A stretch of DNA of 64,000 bases from an uncultured bacterium (lineage in GTDB: Bacteria > CSSED10-310): NCBI GenBank assembly GCA_964512995.1, contig CAZELM010000019.1:12406-76405 (forward strand), given 5' to 3'. The translations under genes and the position numbers were made by a program. The notes beneath the pieces are model-generated. The model was not told where the DNA came from. It worked only from the letters and a program-made list of their open reading frames with translations, and searched no databases. Each line of letters begins with the position of its first letter. The first letter of the stretch is position 1. Shown piece by piece: positions 11,829-22,313 of the stretch.

Positions 11829-12494
11829 ATGCGTTTATCCGATCGACAGGGGGCATCCGGGAAAAAACGGGTCCATCTGAATGATCTCCAGGAGTTGCCG
11901 GATGAACAATTAATGGCCATGTACGCCTCAACCGGAAACAGTGTCGCATTTGAATGTCTGATGAACCGCTATCAAACACAGATTTATGGATTCCTGGTCC
12001 GCTCCTGTCAGGACCGGTCGGCAGCGGAGGATTTGTATCAGGAGACGTTCATCCGGGTGATCAAGGCAGCTCCTACCTATCGCCCGGCCGCAACATTCCG
12101 GACCTGGATTTTTACGATCGCCCGGAATCTGCTGATTGATTTCAGGCGCAGACAACGCACCCGCATCATCATGGTCGCAGAAAATCCTTCCGGAGACGAC
12201 ACGGCCGGGGACAGTCCGGACCTGCCGTCGACTCATACCGAAACAAATCCGGACCAGATGCTGGAAGCAGTGGAAATGCGTCGGATACTGAACGACATCA
12301 TCGATCAGTTACCAGAGGAGCAGAAAGAGATGGTATATCTTCGGGAGCAGGTGGATCTCGATTTCCAGGATGCTTCAACGATCGCGGGATGTTCGGTCAA
12401 TACCGCCAAAAGCCGGATGCGCTATGCCCTGATCAAGATCCGGGAGGAACTGATCCGGAGAGGCATTTTTCCTGGAAGGAGTTCGACCGTATGA
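11829..12494 (+). CDS. ECF-type RNA polymerase sigma factor (sigma-24 family)
   Basis: Region 2 reads DLYQETFIRVIKAAPTYRPAATFRTWIFTIARNLLIDFRRRQ and region 4 reads VYLREQVDLDFQDASTIAGCSVNTAKSRMRYAL. Confidence 0.8.
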   Translation: MRLSDRQGASGKKRVHLNDLQELPDEQLMAMYASTGNSVAFECLMNRYQTQIYGFLVRSCQDRSAAEDLYQETFIRVIKAAPTYRPAATFRTWIFTIARNLLIDFRRRQRTRIIMVAENPSGDDTAGDSPDLPSTHTETNPDQMLEAVEMRRILNDIIDQLPEEQKEMVYLREQVDLDFQDASTIAGCSVNTAKSRMRYALIKIREELIRRGIFPGRSSTV

Positions 12495-13591
12495 GCTGTT
12501 CCAGATACCAGCAATGGATCATCGACTCGATCTACGGAGAAATTTCTGCCCGAAACGCCAAACGCCTGGCGAGGCATCTATCGACATGCCCCGACTGCCG
12601 GGCGGAGATGGAGTCCTTGCGTCTCACTCACCAGATGATCCGGGAATCCCATCAACCGGAGATCCCCCCGGAAGCGATCCGGCACACTATTTTGCAGCAG
12701 GCGCAATCATTCGTTCCACAAAAAACCCGATCCCGATGGCTCCGGCCATTGCCTGCTTCTCTGGCTGCCGCCGCACTCGTGGTTGCAATTACAGGCGTGT
12801 ATATCCTGCATTTCCAGCCGGCATCGATGCTCTACTCGTCCCGAACAAAGGAATATGGGTTGTCTCAGGCTGTCAAACAAGAAGCCGCGGAAATGGATAA
12901 ACAGGATGGGTTACTTGAAAAAGGGGATCAGAGCATTGCTGAAGAAAAGTCCGCACCCGCTCCGAAGCCTGGCGGTGAAGGCGGTGCATCTCAACCGATG
13001 GATTCCGATGCGATGCCCGAAGTCGCCCCGTCCGATGAAACAGCACCTTCCATGTTGTACACCCAGGGTGATACCACGATGCAGAACCGACTGGCGCCAG
13101 AGCCTATCGATCAATCGATGGCTCCGCCCGCTTCTCTGTCCGAAACACGCAAATCCAAATCCATCGCTGTTCGTGAGATACCGGCATCCGAAAAAGAAAC
13201 CACGGGAGTCAGCCGCAATGAATTGCCACAGGAACACTCTCCGATCACTCGGATGTTCGAGGAACCCGGTCCGGAGATGCTGTCCGTCCAATCCCGGATC
13301 ATCGCTCAGGTGGCACCGCATCAGACCGCTCCCGAGATCATCCATCAGACCGAACCCGTATATCCGGAAGAAGCCCGTCGTCAACGGATTCAGGGAACCG
13401 TTGAATCACAAATCGTTGTGGATGAATCCGGTCATGTTCAGGAGTTGAAGATCAGCAGTTCCACGAATGCCATATTCAACAACGCTGTGACTGAAGCGCT
13501 CGTGAAATGGACATTTCGGGCAAGCAGAATCAATGGTAAGGCGTCATCCTGTGAGATGACGGTGATCACGGAGTTCTCGGTGAAACAGTGA
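12491..13591 (+). CDS. Anti-sigma factor (zinc-finger, single TM helix) fused to a TonB C-terminal domain
   Basis: ATGA overlap with the sigma gene. HLSTCPDCRAEM is a zf-HC2 motif. TM helix LAAAALVVAITGVYILHF, then an acidic/Pro-rich linker. The C-terminus EPVYPEEARRQRIQGTVESQIVVDESGHVQELKI is TonB_C-like. Confidence 0.6.
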   Translation: MSCSRYQQWIIDSIYGEISARNAKRLARHLSTCPDCRAEMESLRLTHQMIRESHQPEIPPEAIRHTILQQAQSFVPQKTRSRWLRPLPASLAAAALVVAITGVYILHFQPASMLYSSRTKEYGLSQAVKQEAAEMDKQDGLLEKGDQSIAEEKSAPAPKPGGEGGASQPMDSDAMPEVAPSDETAPSMLYTQGDTTMQNRLAPEPIDQSMAPPASLSETRKSKSIAVREIPASEKETTGVSRNELPQEHSPITRMFEEPGPEMLSVQSRIIAQVAPHQTAPEIIHQTEPVYPEEARRQRIQGTVESQIVVDESGHVQELKISSSTNAIFNNAVTEALVKWTFRASRINGKASSCEMTVITEFSVKQ

Positions 13592-13608
13592 TGCGGCTGG
13601 CTGGAGCG

Positions 13609-14265
13609 TCAATCGTTTTGTTTTAACATTTTTTCCACTTTTTTATGATTCTCTGTCAGGCGATCCTGTAACTCGATCCGCCAAAGCTCTGCGGATTCGG
13701 CGGAATTACCCTCGGGAACGGGAATCGGTTCCTCGTCGAAATAGATGATCACCGGCGAGAAGGGAAGCGGCAGATAGGTCTGGCACCAGGTTTTCCGGAA
13801 CACGAAACGCCAACGGGCGCGTGCGGTAACCGTGATCAGGGGGACTCCGGTTTTCTGGGCCAGCAGAATGACACCGGGCTTCGCTTCATGGCGTGGTCCC
13901 AACGGACCATCGATCGTGATCACGGCACTGGTTCCCTCCCTGATTTTTCGGATTAACTGGACCAGCGCCTGTGCGCCTCCTCTGGAACTGGATCCCCGGA
14001 CCGTCTGATATCCCATTTTTTCAAGCGCATAGGCGATGAGATCCCCATCATTCGATTGACTGACGAGAACACAGTAGGACTGATTGCGATTTGGGCCGAG
14101 TAGCGTCAGATCATCTTCGTGCCAATGACCGATCACGACCGGTGTTCCATGAAACCGGCTTCCCGGTGCTTTCGGATTGTTGATAAACCGGGTCCGATAG
14201 GTCATGGAATACAGCCGATAAAACAAATACAATCCATGTGCAAGCATCCGTTTCCAGGTATTCAT
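13609..14265 (-). CDS. DUF374-type lysophospholipid acyltransferase family protein
   Basis: HWHEDDL (HX4D acyltransferase motif). ATGA overlap with the upstream adenosine deaminase. Confidence 0.55.
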   Translation of the reverse strand: MNTWKRMLAHGLYLFYRLYSMTYRTRFINNPKAPGSRFHGTPVVIGHWHEDDLTLLGPNRNQSYCVLVSQSNDGDLIAYALEKMGYQTVRGSSSRGGAQALVQLIRKIREGTSAVITIDGPLGPRHEAKPGVILLAQKTGVPLITVTARARWRFVFRKTWCQTYLPLPFSPVIIYFDEEPIPVPEGNSAESAELWRIELQDRLTENHKKVEKMLKQND

Positions 14266-15299
14266 GACAAGCCCCTCCCCAGGATTGATTCCCATTCCAT
14301 TTCAAATTCGTTCATCAGCCGGGATTTCATTTCCGGCGGCAGGAACGATGCCCTGACTCCGTTCAGACTCATTTCTTTGAGTTCCGGGAGTTCGAAATGC
14401 AAGTCGTTCATCAGCGTCATATATTCCGAATGGATGGACGACTGGAACATGCCGGGATCATCGGAGTTGATGGTCACGCGGAGTCCCTGATCGAAATAGC
14501 GTCGGATGGGGTGTGTTGCAACCGAATCCCAGACGCCGGTCAGAATATTGCTGATCACGGATATCTCCAGAGGGATCTGATGGATCCGGAGATACGTGAT
14601 CAGTTGAGGATCCCGGTATGCGTGAAGGCCATGACCGATCCGTTCCACCTGTAAATCCAATAACGCAGACCAGATGGACTCCGGACCAACGGATTCGCCG
14701 GCGTGTGCGGTAAGCCGAAACCCCCGCCGCTGTGCTTCGCGATAGACATCAGCAAACGGTGACGCCGGATAATGGTGTTCCGTCCCTCCGATTCCGATGC
14801 CGATCACGCCATCATCCCGAAAGGGCGTGACCTGATCCAGAACGATAATGGCGTTATCCGGACCGAAATCGCGGACCAGATCGACGATCCAATTCGATTG
14901 GATTCCGAAATCCGCAGCGGCCGCCGTTCCCGCTTCAATCAGGTTCTCGGTGATACCGGTGATACTGAATCCATTGGGCTCAAAATCGGCCGGGGAGTAG
15001 AACAGTTCTGCGTATCTGACATTCTGTGCATGAAGCATCTGTAATGTCCGATAGGCAATCTCCCTGAAATCAGACTCCCGCTCGATAAACGTGTTTTTCC
15101 ATGTCCATCGCAGCAGGAAGTCTTCAAAGTCAGAATATCGGAACCGGGCTTTGAGGGATTCGAGATCGTGAATACGTTCCCGGCCGCTTCGCTGAATCAG
15201 TCGAAGGAGTGTTTCCAGAGGAATGGCTCCTTCCAGATGAATATGCAGTTCGACCTTGGGGATCCGGGAAACCAGATTCTGAATCGCATCTTTCATGCT
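14262..15299 (-). CDS. Adenosine deaminase family protein
   Basis: PKVELHIHLEGAI near the N-terminus and SDDPGMF near the C-terminus are the metal-binding motifs. Confidence 0.75.
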   Translation of the reverse strand, partial: SMKDAIQNLVSRIPKVELHIHLEGAIPLETLLRLIQRSGRERIHDLESLKARFRYSDFEDFLLRWTWKNTFIERESDFREIAYRTLQMLHAQNVRYAELFYSPADFEPNGFSITGITENLIEAGTAAAADFGIQSNWIVDLVRDFGPDNAIIVLDQVTPFRDDGVIGIGIGGTEHHYPASPFADVYREAQRRGFRLTAHAGESVGPESIWSALLDLQVERIGHGLHAYRDPQLITYLRIHQIPLEISVISNILTGVWDSVATHPIRRYFDQGLRVTINSDDPGMFQSSIHSEYMTLMNDLHFELPELKEMSLNGVRASFLPPEMKSRLMNEFEMEWESILGRGLS

Positions 15300-15345
15300 G
15301 AATCCAATCGGGTTGATTCGGGAGCCGTTCGTTCCGGAAGCCGGC

Positions 15346-17403
15346 TCATTCATGCCATCCGAATTCGAAACTGTCCCAATCACCGATCAATCCGGAGATA
15401 TTCTTATCGGTCATGGCGGCATGCCAGTAGATATGTTCCGCCTTACCGACACCCGTCGGCCATGTGAACGGCTGAAGAATGCGGATGACCGTCTCCCCTT
15501 GACTGATATCTTTGATGAAGTAGTCGTAACCGGAAAAAGATGGCGCGAAGAAGTAGTTCCCATATACATCCAATACAACAAAAATGGGGATTCGAAGATA
15601 TATTTTATCATCCGGATTACAGACACTGACATTGCAGTAACAGGAATCTCCGGGTCCAAAATCATGACCGGGCATGTCGATTTTACACCCGAGCGTGTCG
15701 CAGACTGGTGTTTCAGTGGGAGGCTCCGGCGTGTTCGTGGGGGTTGGCGTGCTGGATGGCGATGGAGTGGCAGTGGATAGAACGGGAGTCGATGTGATCG
15801 TTGGTGTGACGGTTGGTGTGGGAGTGGGATCCGGCCGATCGGTCAGCCAGACCACGAATTGGCGCATGATCCCATAAAATTCATCCGGATCAGCCGCACC
15901 AATCTCCAGTGTGGAAAAGATGGACTGAAACACATCGGTTGTATAGGAGATGGCGCAGGGAGCGGCTCCAGGGATTTCGATCAAGGGAAGAGCGCCCGGA
16001 ACCGGGACAAGCGTATCGGGATACAGGTTGGAGGCATGAAACGGCCCCCCCGTCGACGATCCATTCACAACAAAGGATAATCCATCCAGAATGCTTCCAT
16101 CCGAACCAGATGCCTCCACAACCTCTGCATTAGCCACGGAATCCTGTATCACTGAAGCGATCCCCAGATGCGTATTGAAGAAACCGGTTGCATTTCCCCA
16201 ACCCGAATGACTCCCCCACAGGATATCCTGTCCGATCATGATCAGACGCCCTCCGGAATCCAGGTAGGACATCAGTGCAACTTCGTCCGATTCTCCCAGG
16301 TTCCCCGGAGTTTCGTGATAGTTTTCGCCGGCCAGAACGATTACAATATCATATTGATCACGAGAAAATGGAACCGGCCACGGGATATCTCCGCCGGTGG
16401 GAGCATAAATGATATCCGAAACGATCCCACCCATATTTGTCACGGTTTCCGCATACGATGGTCCGGGATCCCAGAATCCGGGGTCTCCGTCGATATCCAC
16501 AGCGATCAATACCCGGAAATCTCCAGGCAGCATCGTCGGGGTGGCGGTTGGCGTCTCAGTGGGTGGCCGGATGGTCGGGGTGGATGTCGGAGGAACCGGA
16601 GTCGATGTTGGAGGGACAGTGGGGAGTGGTGTATGGGTATGAACCGGCGTGTTTGTGGAGACTGGCGTATATGTGGGAGTATTGGAACCTGAAGTCGGTG
16701 TCGGGGAAGGATCGGATTGAATGGCATATAATTCAAATGCATGATCCATGGGAGAACTGTGTGGGGTCCAATCCGTATATCCGACTTCCGGAAACAAGGT
16801 CAATCCGGAGCAAAGCTGAACGGGTTCAGATGTATTCACCCAGCCGATCTGTGGGCGATAATCCATTACGGCCTGAATGACCATCCAGTAATGCGTATCG
16901 GTCTGTGGCACAAACGGCGGATCCAATCGTGCCCAATAGGAGTACAGCTCCCGCTGATCCGTACAATACAACGTCTCATGACAATCGACCGCATCGATTT
17001 CCCATGTAGCCGCTGCATTGCTGGGATAGCAGTCATTGATATTGTTGTATATGAATATGTTCCATGAAGTCGGCGAAATATAGGGTGGAGCGCCATTAAA
17101 CTCACCCGCCCACCACCTAACACAGGTAATCGTGCCGGGTGCTTCCTCAAACATGAAATCGTCCGCAGACCGTGCGTCAAACAATGATCCGGATAAACTC
17201 AATTGAGATGGAAAAAGAGCGATGTTTCTGCAATCCGGATTCTGAGCCCACACCAGATCTCCATGACATTCCAGCACGGTGCTCATTCGATTTCCAGATT
17301 CCACATTCACTGGCACGGAACTGTCTATGTTCTGGTCCAGCGCCAATCCTGAAACAGCACCCACAACCAACAGAAAAAGCAGCAACGATGATGCCGTTCT
17401 CAT
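15346..17403 (-). CDS. Secreted multidomain protein with two Pro-Thr linkers; unassigned globular domains
   Basis: Signal peptide MRTASSLLLFLLVVGAVSG after an AGGAGG Shine-Dalgarno; PT-rich stretches; no confident domain call. Confidence 0.55.
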   Translation of the reverse strand: MRTASSLLLFLLVVGAVSGLALDQNIDSSVPVNVESGNRMSTVLECHGDLVWAQNPDCRNIALFPSQLSLSGSLFDARSADDFMFEEAPGTITCVRWWAGEFNGAPPYISPTSWNIFIYNNINDCYPSNAAATWEIDAVDCHETLYCTDQRELYSYWARLDPPFVPQTDTHYWMVIQAVMDYRPQIGWVNTSEPVQLCSGLTLFPEVGYTDWTPHSSPMDHAFELYAIQSDPSPTPTSGSNTPTYTPVSTNTPVHTHTPLPTVPPTSTPVPPTSTPTIRPPTETPTATPTMLPGDFRVLIAVDIDGDPGFWDPGPSYAETVTNMGGIVSDIIYAPTGGDIPWPVPFSRDQYDIVIVLAGENYHETPGNLGESDEVALMSYLDSGGRLIMIGQDILWGSHSGWGNATGFFNTHLGIASVIQDSVANAEVVEASGSDGSILDGLSFVVNGSSTGGPFHASNLYPDTLVPVPGALPLIEIPGAAPCAISYTTDVFQSIFSTLEIGAADPDEFYGIMRQFVVWLTDRPDPTPTPTVTPTITSTPVLSTATPSPSSTPTPTNTPEPPTETPVCDTLGCKIDMPGHDFGPGDSCYCNVSVCNPDDKIYLRIPIFVVLDVYGNYFFAPSFSGYDYFIKDISQGETVIRILQPFTWPTGVGKAEHIYWHAAMTDKNISGLIGDWDSFEFGWHE

Positions 17404-17902
17404 GTATAACCTCCTTCGCTTTCGAATAACCAAACAAAACAATCACAGGTTGATTAAAACCCTTTAATTTCAATAAATCTTACCATAATTGATTACTTAA
17501 TGTCAAAATGGAATTGGTTCATGGCATCGCCTGACTTCAAACAGAATGCTTTTAATTCCAATATGTTCCGGTTTGATGAACCGTACGGGAGTGGCTCTGC
17601 GACCGCATCTCCACACAAAATGAGAATGAGCCTGATCTTCGGTATCCATGCCGGATCAACGGTAATGCTCAAATTGACAACCGGAGATGCTCCCGATATA
17701 CACTTCACTTGCCTTTTTGTTGACGATTGCAGAAATCCTTTATCGGAAAATGGAGAGCAATTGTAGAGATGTCATGCAGCCTGAGATCATTTCCGTTGTT
17801 TTTTTCAATGGACGGGTACACCCGGGATTATCGGCCAATCTGTGGGCTCGTGGCCATAGTGGTTCACTATCCAAGTGAATTCCTCTCGACAAAGGAGCGA
17901 TC

Positions 17903-19771
17903 ATGAAACGCTGGGGAATGTTGTTTGCTGCTGTCATGGGACTGATTGCCGGCTACCATACGATTCCCGGTGGTATGGTTTCCGATGATTATGTACTCAT
18001 GGCAGTGACTCCGGACATCCCGATGGCTTCCATCCTGACATCCAACTGGCTCGGTGTGCGGGGAGAGGGTGGATTTTATCGGCCGCTGGTTACCCTTGCC
18101 TGGAAATTCGATTATTTACTCTATGGAACCAATCCCCGAGGGTACCATGTTACAAACGTGATATTACACATTTTGGTAACAGTACTGGTATATTTTCTCA
18201 TTTATCAATTCCATGAGGATATCTGGATCTCCACCATCAGTGCCTCCCTGTTTGCTCTCCATCCCGTACATCATGAAGCCATCGCGTGGATCAGCGGGCG
18301 GACCGATTTGCTTGCGGCATTTTTTTATCTCCTGAGCATCACGCTCTTTATCAGATTTCGGTTCCAACAAAGTATGAACCGGATGATTCTGGCCATCTCT
18401 CTGCTTTGTGGTGCGGCAGCGATGTTCTCCAAAGAAATGGCATGCACTCTCCCCTTCACAGTCGTCATGGCCGACTGGCTGTTGAGCCGGAAGCATGCAG
18501 TACCCAGGCGATTCAGTGCTGTTCTTCCCTACTTTATGCTCCTCTTATCAATTCTGGGAATTCGGTGGTATGCGTTGGGCGCTTTTCTGGGAGGGTATGG
18601 AGCGGGAAAACATCTGCGGACCGATTCCGTGATATTCTACTATCTCCTGCAATATTTCGAATGGATCATAGAACCGCTTGGGATTTATGCCAGTCACGGC
18701 TCGATTACCTGGATGGTCATCGCTTCATGTTTTCTGCTTCTGTTTCTTTGCACGTTTTTATCTCCGCCATACCGGGCGGGAGCATTCTGGTTCTGGATCA
18801 CAATGATGCCAGCCATCAATTTGAACCGGATGCAATATTTATATCTTCCATCCATCGGTATTGCGTGGGTGTTGGGGATATTGATCCGGAACGGGAGTTG
18901 GTCCAGCCGATCCATCGCGGGCAATGCCACCCGTGTGATCGTCATCTCCAGCCTGTTGATTGCATATGGAACGGTAACCATCGAAAAAAACAATGAATGG
19001 ACATATATGGGGTGGATGGGAACCGGAGTGCAGCGTGTGGTTCAATCGCTCTATCCAACCCTGCCGGACCACACGCGAATGGTGTTCATCAATCCTCCAT
19101 ACAGCCAGAAAATAAAGTTCGGCATATTTCAGAATGGTATTACGGAAGCAGTCCGGAAATGGTATGATAATCGAACGCTTACAGGATTTCGAGTCCCGGC
19201 AGCCGCTCAGTTTAAAAACTTTGACAAAAGTCAGGATGTTGTGTTTGAGTTCGACAACGAAAAAATCAGTGACGTCACCGATTATTTTATTTACGGAAAA
19301 CCGCATATCGTCTCCTGGCCCGGAATTCATTTCAAATCGTACATCATGAAAGCCGGGGATGTCCTGGACCTGAACGGTTCGGGAAGACCTGTCCGGAGCA
19401 TCCTAATCGACTCCCAACTATCCAATGCCACAGCCATCCGGCAAGGAACCCCTGTGGCGGAACTGTGCGTGACATATCCTTCCGGGGAGATGCAGACCTG
19501 GCCGATCCAGGCCGGCATTCATACATCCGAATGGGCATACGACCGGGCGGATGTCCGTCATGGCATCCAGCATCAGAGGGCACCGGTTCAATACAGCTAC
19601 ATTGCTGGAGATGTCGATTCCGACCCGATTCCCGGTCATATCTATCGCGCCCGTTTTCTGCTCGATCAAGCAAAAACGATTACCCGATTGAAGATCATCT
19701 CATTGCTTGATAAAGAAAGTCCTGGAGACGCGGTTCCATGTCTCGATATCCGTGGGGTATCCGAGGAGTAA
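17903..19771 (+). CDS. Integral-membrane glycosyltransferase, PMT/GT39-like (DUF2723/TMTC-like N-terminal module) with a soluble C-terminal domain
   Basis: FYRPLVTLAWKFDYLLYGTNPRGYHVTNVILHILVTVLVYFL resembles the first loop/TM2 signature of PMT-family mannosyltransferases. About 11 predicted TM helices. AGGAG Shine-Dalgarno upstream. Confidence 0.6.
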   Translation: MKRWGMLFAAVMGLIAGYHTIPGGMVSDDYVLMAVTPDIPMASILTSNWLGVRGEGGFYRPLVTLAWKFDYLLYGTNPRGYHVTNVILHILVTVLVYFLIYQFHEDIWISTISASLFALHPVHHEAIAWISGRTDLLAAFFYLLSITLFIRFRFQQSMNRMILAISLLCGAAAMFSKEMACTLPFTVVMADWLLSRKHAVPRRFSAVLPYFMLLLSILGIRWYALGAFLGGYGAGKHLRTDSVIFYYLLQYFEWIIEPLGIYASHGSITWMVIASCFLLLFLCTFLSPPYRAGAFWFWITMMPAINLNRMQYLYLPSIGIAWVLGILIRNGSWSSRSIAGNATRVIVISSLLIAYGTVTIEKNNEWTYMGWMGTGVQRVVQSLYPTLPDHTRMVFINPPYSQKIKFGIFQNGITEAVRKWYDNRTLTGFRVPAAAQFKNFDKSQDVVFEFDNEKISDVTDYFIYGKPHIVSWPGIHFKSYIMKAGDVLDLNGSGRPVRSILIDSQLSNATAIRQGTPVAELCVTYPSGEMQTWPIQAGIHTSEWAYDRADVRHGIQHQRAPVQYSYIAGDVDSDPIPGHIYRARFLLDQAKTITRLKIISLLDKESPGDAVPCLDIRGVSEE

Positions 19772-19782
19772 ATAGTGAGCTA

Positions 19783-21213
19783 ATGAAAAAAAAATCCCGT
19801 GTTTTATTGATTCTTCCTTATTTTCAGAACCGCCGGCATTATGGGAGCATGTCCAAGGTCGCGCCATCCCTGCTTCCGGTCAGTCTGGTTTACCTGGCTG
19901 GATACCTGGAACGGGAATCCTATCCCGTGCGTGTGTTCGATGGGCAGGTGGATCCGATGACGGAGTCCAGCATCGGGCAGGTATTGCGGGAATTTCAGCC
20001 GGATGTTGTGGGTATTACCTGTATGACGCCCATGGTTACAGAAACCCATATGGTCGCTCAAATCATCAAATCCATGAATCAGCGGATCACTGTTGTGGTC
20101 GGTGGCATCCATCCCAGCATACTCCCCGATGAAATCATTCAGGATACAAATATCGATGTGATCGTCCGGGGAGAAGGTGAAATCACCTTTCATGAACTCC
20201 TGGAACAATACCCGGACGGCAAACTGGGAACCATTCAGGGTATTACATACCGGGAAGGAGACGCGGTTGTCCATACTCCCAACCGACCACTCCTGAATGA
20301 CCTTGACAGCCTGCCCATGCCAGCCCGTCATCTGGTGAATTATGAAGGGTATCATCAGATTCCGGATGCCGTCTTCGCCGAACCCATGCGTGAAATACTC
20401 ACCTCCCGGGGTTGTCCATTCAGATGTATCTTTTGTTCTGCCCGTCTGATGTCCGGATACCAATACCGCTATCATTCTCCGGATCGGGTATTGGAGGAAG
20501 TGGATGTGTTGGTGAACCGGTATCATGCCCGACAGATCGCCGTGCTGGACGATAATTTTGTGGTCGATCGTCAGCGCACCATCGACATCTGCGAACGGCT
20601 GCTCCGGAAGAATTACCACAAACGGCTGGTCTGGACGACCGCGGCCCGAGCCGATCAGGTTGATCTCGAACTGCTCAAGCTGATGAAGGAGGCGGGATTT
20701 GCATTGATTTCATTTGGTGTGGAGACCGGCTCACCCCGGCTCCTGAAAATGATTCAGAAAAATGAGACGATGGATCAGATTGCCCGGGCGGTGGAGTGGT
20801 CTCATCAGGCGAGATTGAAAGTCCGGGGAACGCTGATACTCGGGTTGCCCACCGAAAGCGTGGAAGAAAGCCGGATGACGATCGAGTGGGCGAAGAAACT
20901 GAAACTGGATTTTGCCAAATTTTCATTGGCAACGCCTTATCCAGGGACTGTTCTGTTCGATATTGCGAAACAGCAGGGTATCGAAATGAACGACTGGTCG
21001 CACTTCTCGTCGATGGCTGGTTTCGCGGACTATGATCCGGTGTTCGTACCGGAAGGACGGGATGCCAAAGAACTGGCAAACCTCCAAAAACAGGCCATGA
21101 AGGAGTTCTATTTCCGTCCGAAACAAATCTACAATCTGCTCCGCAATATCACATCGTTCAATGACATCAAGATGTTTTATTATGGAGCCAGATCGGTTCT
21201 ATTCAAGGGGTAG
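19783..21213 (+). CDS. B12-binding-domain radical SAM enzyme (class B rSAM)
   Basis: N-terminal Rossmann-like B12-binding region (VGITCMTPMV...VVVGGIHPS), then CPFRCIFC (CxxxCxxC). The start lies 12 nt after the glycosyltransferase stop. Confidence 0.85.
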   Translation: MKKKSRVLLILPYFQNRRHYGSMSKVAPSLLPVSLVYLAGYLERESYPVRVFDGQVDPMTESSIGQVLREFQPDVVGITCMTPMVTETHMVAQIIKSMNQRITVVVGGIHPSILPDEIIQDTNIDVIVRGEGEITFHELLEQYPDGKLGTIQGITYREGDAVVHTPNRPLLNDLDSLPMPARHLVNYEGYHQIPDAVFAEPMREILTSRGCPFRCIFCSARLMSGYQYRYHSPDRVLEEVDVLVNRYHARQIAVLDDNFVVDRQRTIDICERLLRKNYHKRLVWTTAARADQVDLELLKLMKEAGFALISFGVETGSPRLLKMIQKNETMDQIARAVEWSHQARLKVRGTLILGLPTESVEESRMTIEWAKKLKLDFAKFSLATPYPGTVLFDIAKQQGIEMNDWSHFSSMAGFADYDPVFVPEGRDAKELANLQKQAMKEFYFRPKQIYNLLRNITSFNDIKMFYYGARSVLFKG

Positions 21214-21215
21214 CA

Positions 21216-22313
21216 ATGTTCAAGATCACCACCCTGTATCAAAAAATCAATGACCTGCATGCCGCTCTTCCCCGGCGATTCGGCAAGGGTTACGCTCTGC
21301 CGCCGTTGCGGGTGGGCTGTGTCTTATCTCACCGGTGCAATCTGAGATGTTCGATGTGCTTCGTCTGGAAGCGAGGCATCACCGGACTGGATAAAAGGGA
21401 ACTGAGCACGTTGGAATGGCTTGGAATCATCCGCCAGATCCCATCCTTCGCCATTGTGACCTTTACCGGAGGAGAACCGCTGATCCGGCCGGATATCCGG
21501 GAATTGCTTGCTGCGGCATCCCGATCTCACCGCGTTCATCTCGTTTCAAACGGCACGATGTTCCAGCCTCAGATGATCGAGTATTGCCTGAGTCTGGCTC
21601 CCCGGAAAATCTGGGATAAGGGACTTCTTTCTCTGGGCATTTCTCTGGAAGGTCCGGAAGCGATCCATGATGCCATGGTTAAAATACCCGGTTCTTTTGC
21701 AAAAACCATTCAGGCTCTGACTGATTTTGCGACCAGGAAACGGCAACTCGGACTGAAATACCCGCTCCTCGATATCAAAATTGTGATCTGCAACGAGACC
21801 ATTGGCTCCCTGACGGAACTGTATGAGATTGCAGATAATATCGGAGCAGATATTATCTCCTACCAGCAATGCTCCACTCAGGAATCGTCCTATGGTATTG
21901 ATGATGCACCAATGGATGCGATGTACACATCTCCTCCACCGGTAGATCCCATTCCGGAAGATGTGATCAAAGAATCGATCCGGAAGTTAGTGAATCGAGC
22001 CGCTGCCGGGCGAACGACCCTGCGATTCAATCCGGACATGTCAGCGGATTATTTTGCAGACCGCTATCAGAACCGGTTTCCTCTGGATCGGTTCGCATGT
22101 TCCGCCGCATGGAGTGTCATGCATATCGGGCCGTATGGAACGGTATATCCCTGTTTTTCGATCCCGATGGGCAATCTGCGGGAGAAAAGCCTGATGGCGA
22201 TATGGAATGGTCCGGAATACCGTGCATTTCGAGTCAAACTCCAAAAACACGACATTTTCAAGGGCTGCACCGGATGCTGTGTCATGAAACCGAAAGCATC
22301 TGCCAAGCAATGA
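21216..22313 (+). CDS. Radical SAM / SPASM-domain enzyme
   Basis: CNLRCSMC near the N-terminus and a Cys-rich C-terminus (C...PCFSIPMGNL...GCTGCC) typical of SPASM auxiliary clusters. It starts 2 nt after the previous stop. Confidence 0.8.
   Translation: MFKITTLYQKINDLHAALPRRFGKGYALPPLRVGCVLSHRCNLRCSMCFVWKRGITGLDKRELSTLEWLGIIRQIPSFAIVTFTGGEPLIRPDIRELLAAASRSHRVHLVSNGTMFQPQMIEYCLSLAPRKIWDKGLLSLGISLEGPEAIHDAMVKIPGSFAKTIQALTDFATRKRQLGLKYPLLDIKIVICNETIGSLTELYEIADNIGADIISYQQCSTQESSYGIDDAPMDAMYTSPPPVDPIPEDVIKESIRKLVNRAAAGRTTLRFNPDMSADYFADRYQNRFPLDRFACSAAWSVMHIGPYGTVYPCFSIPMGNLREKSLMAIWNGPEYRAFRVKLQKHDIFKGCTGCCVMKPKASAKQ

Noticed and set aside
12783-13448. 221-aa alternative-frame ORF inside the anti-sigma/TonB_C gene
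   Set aside because: The in-frame anti-sigma reading shows recognisable zf-HC2 and TonB_C motifs; the alternative frame is low complexity.
17500-17766. 88-aa ORF upstream of the glycosyltransferase-rSAM operon as a RiPP precursor
   Set aside because: It has no Shine-Dalgarno, no Gly-Gly or other leader-type motif and no Cys/Ser/Thr-rich core. It is kept only as a low-probability candidate inside the operon finding.
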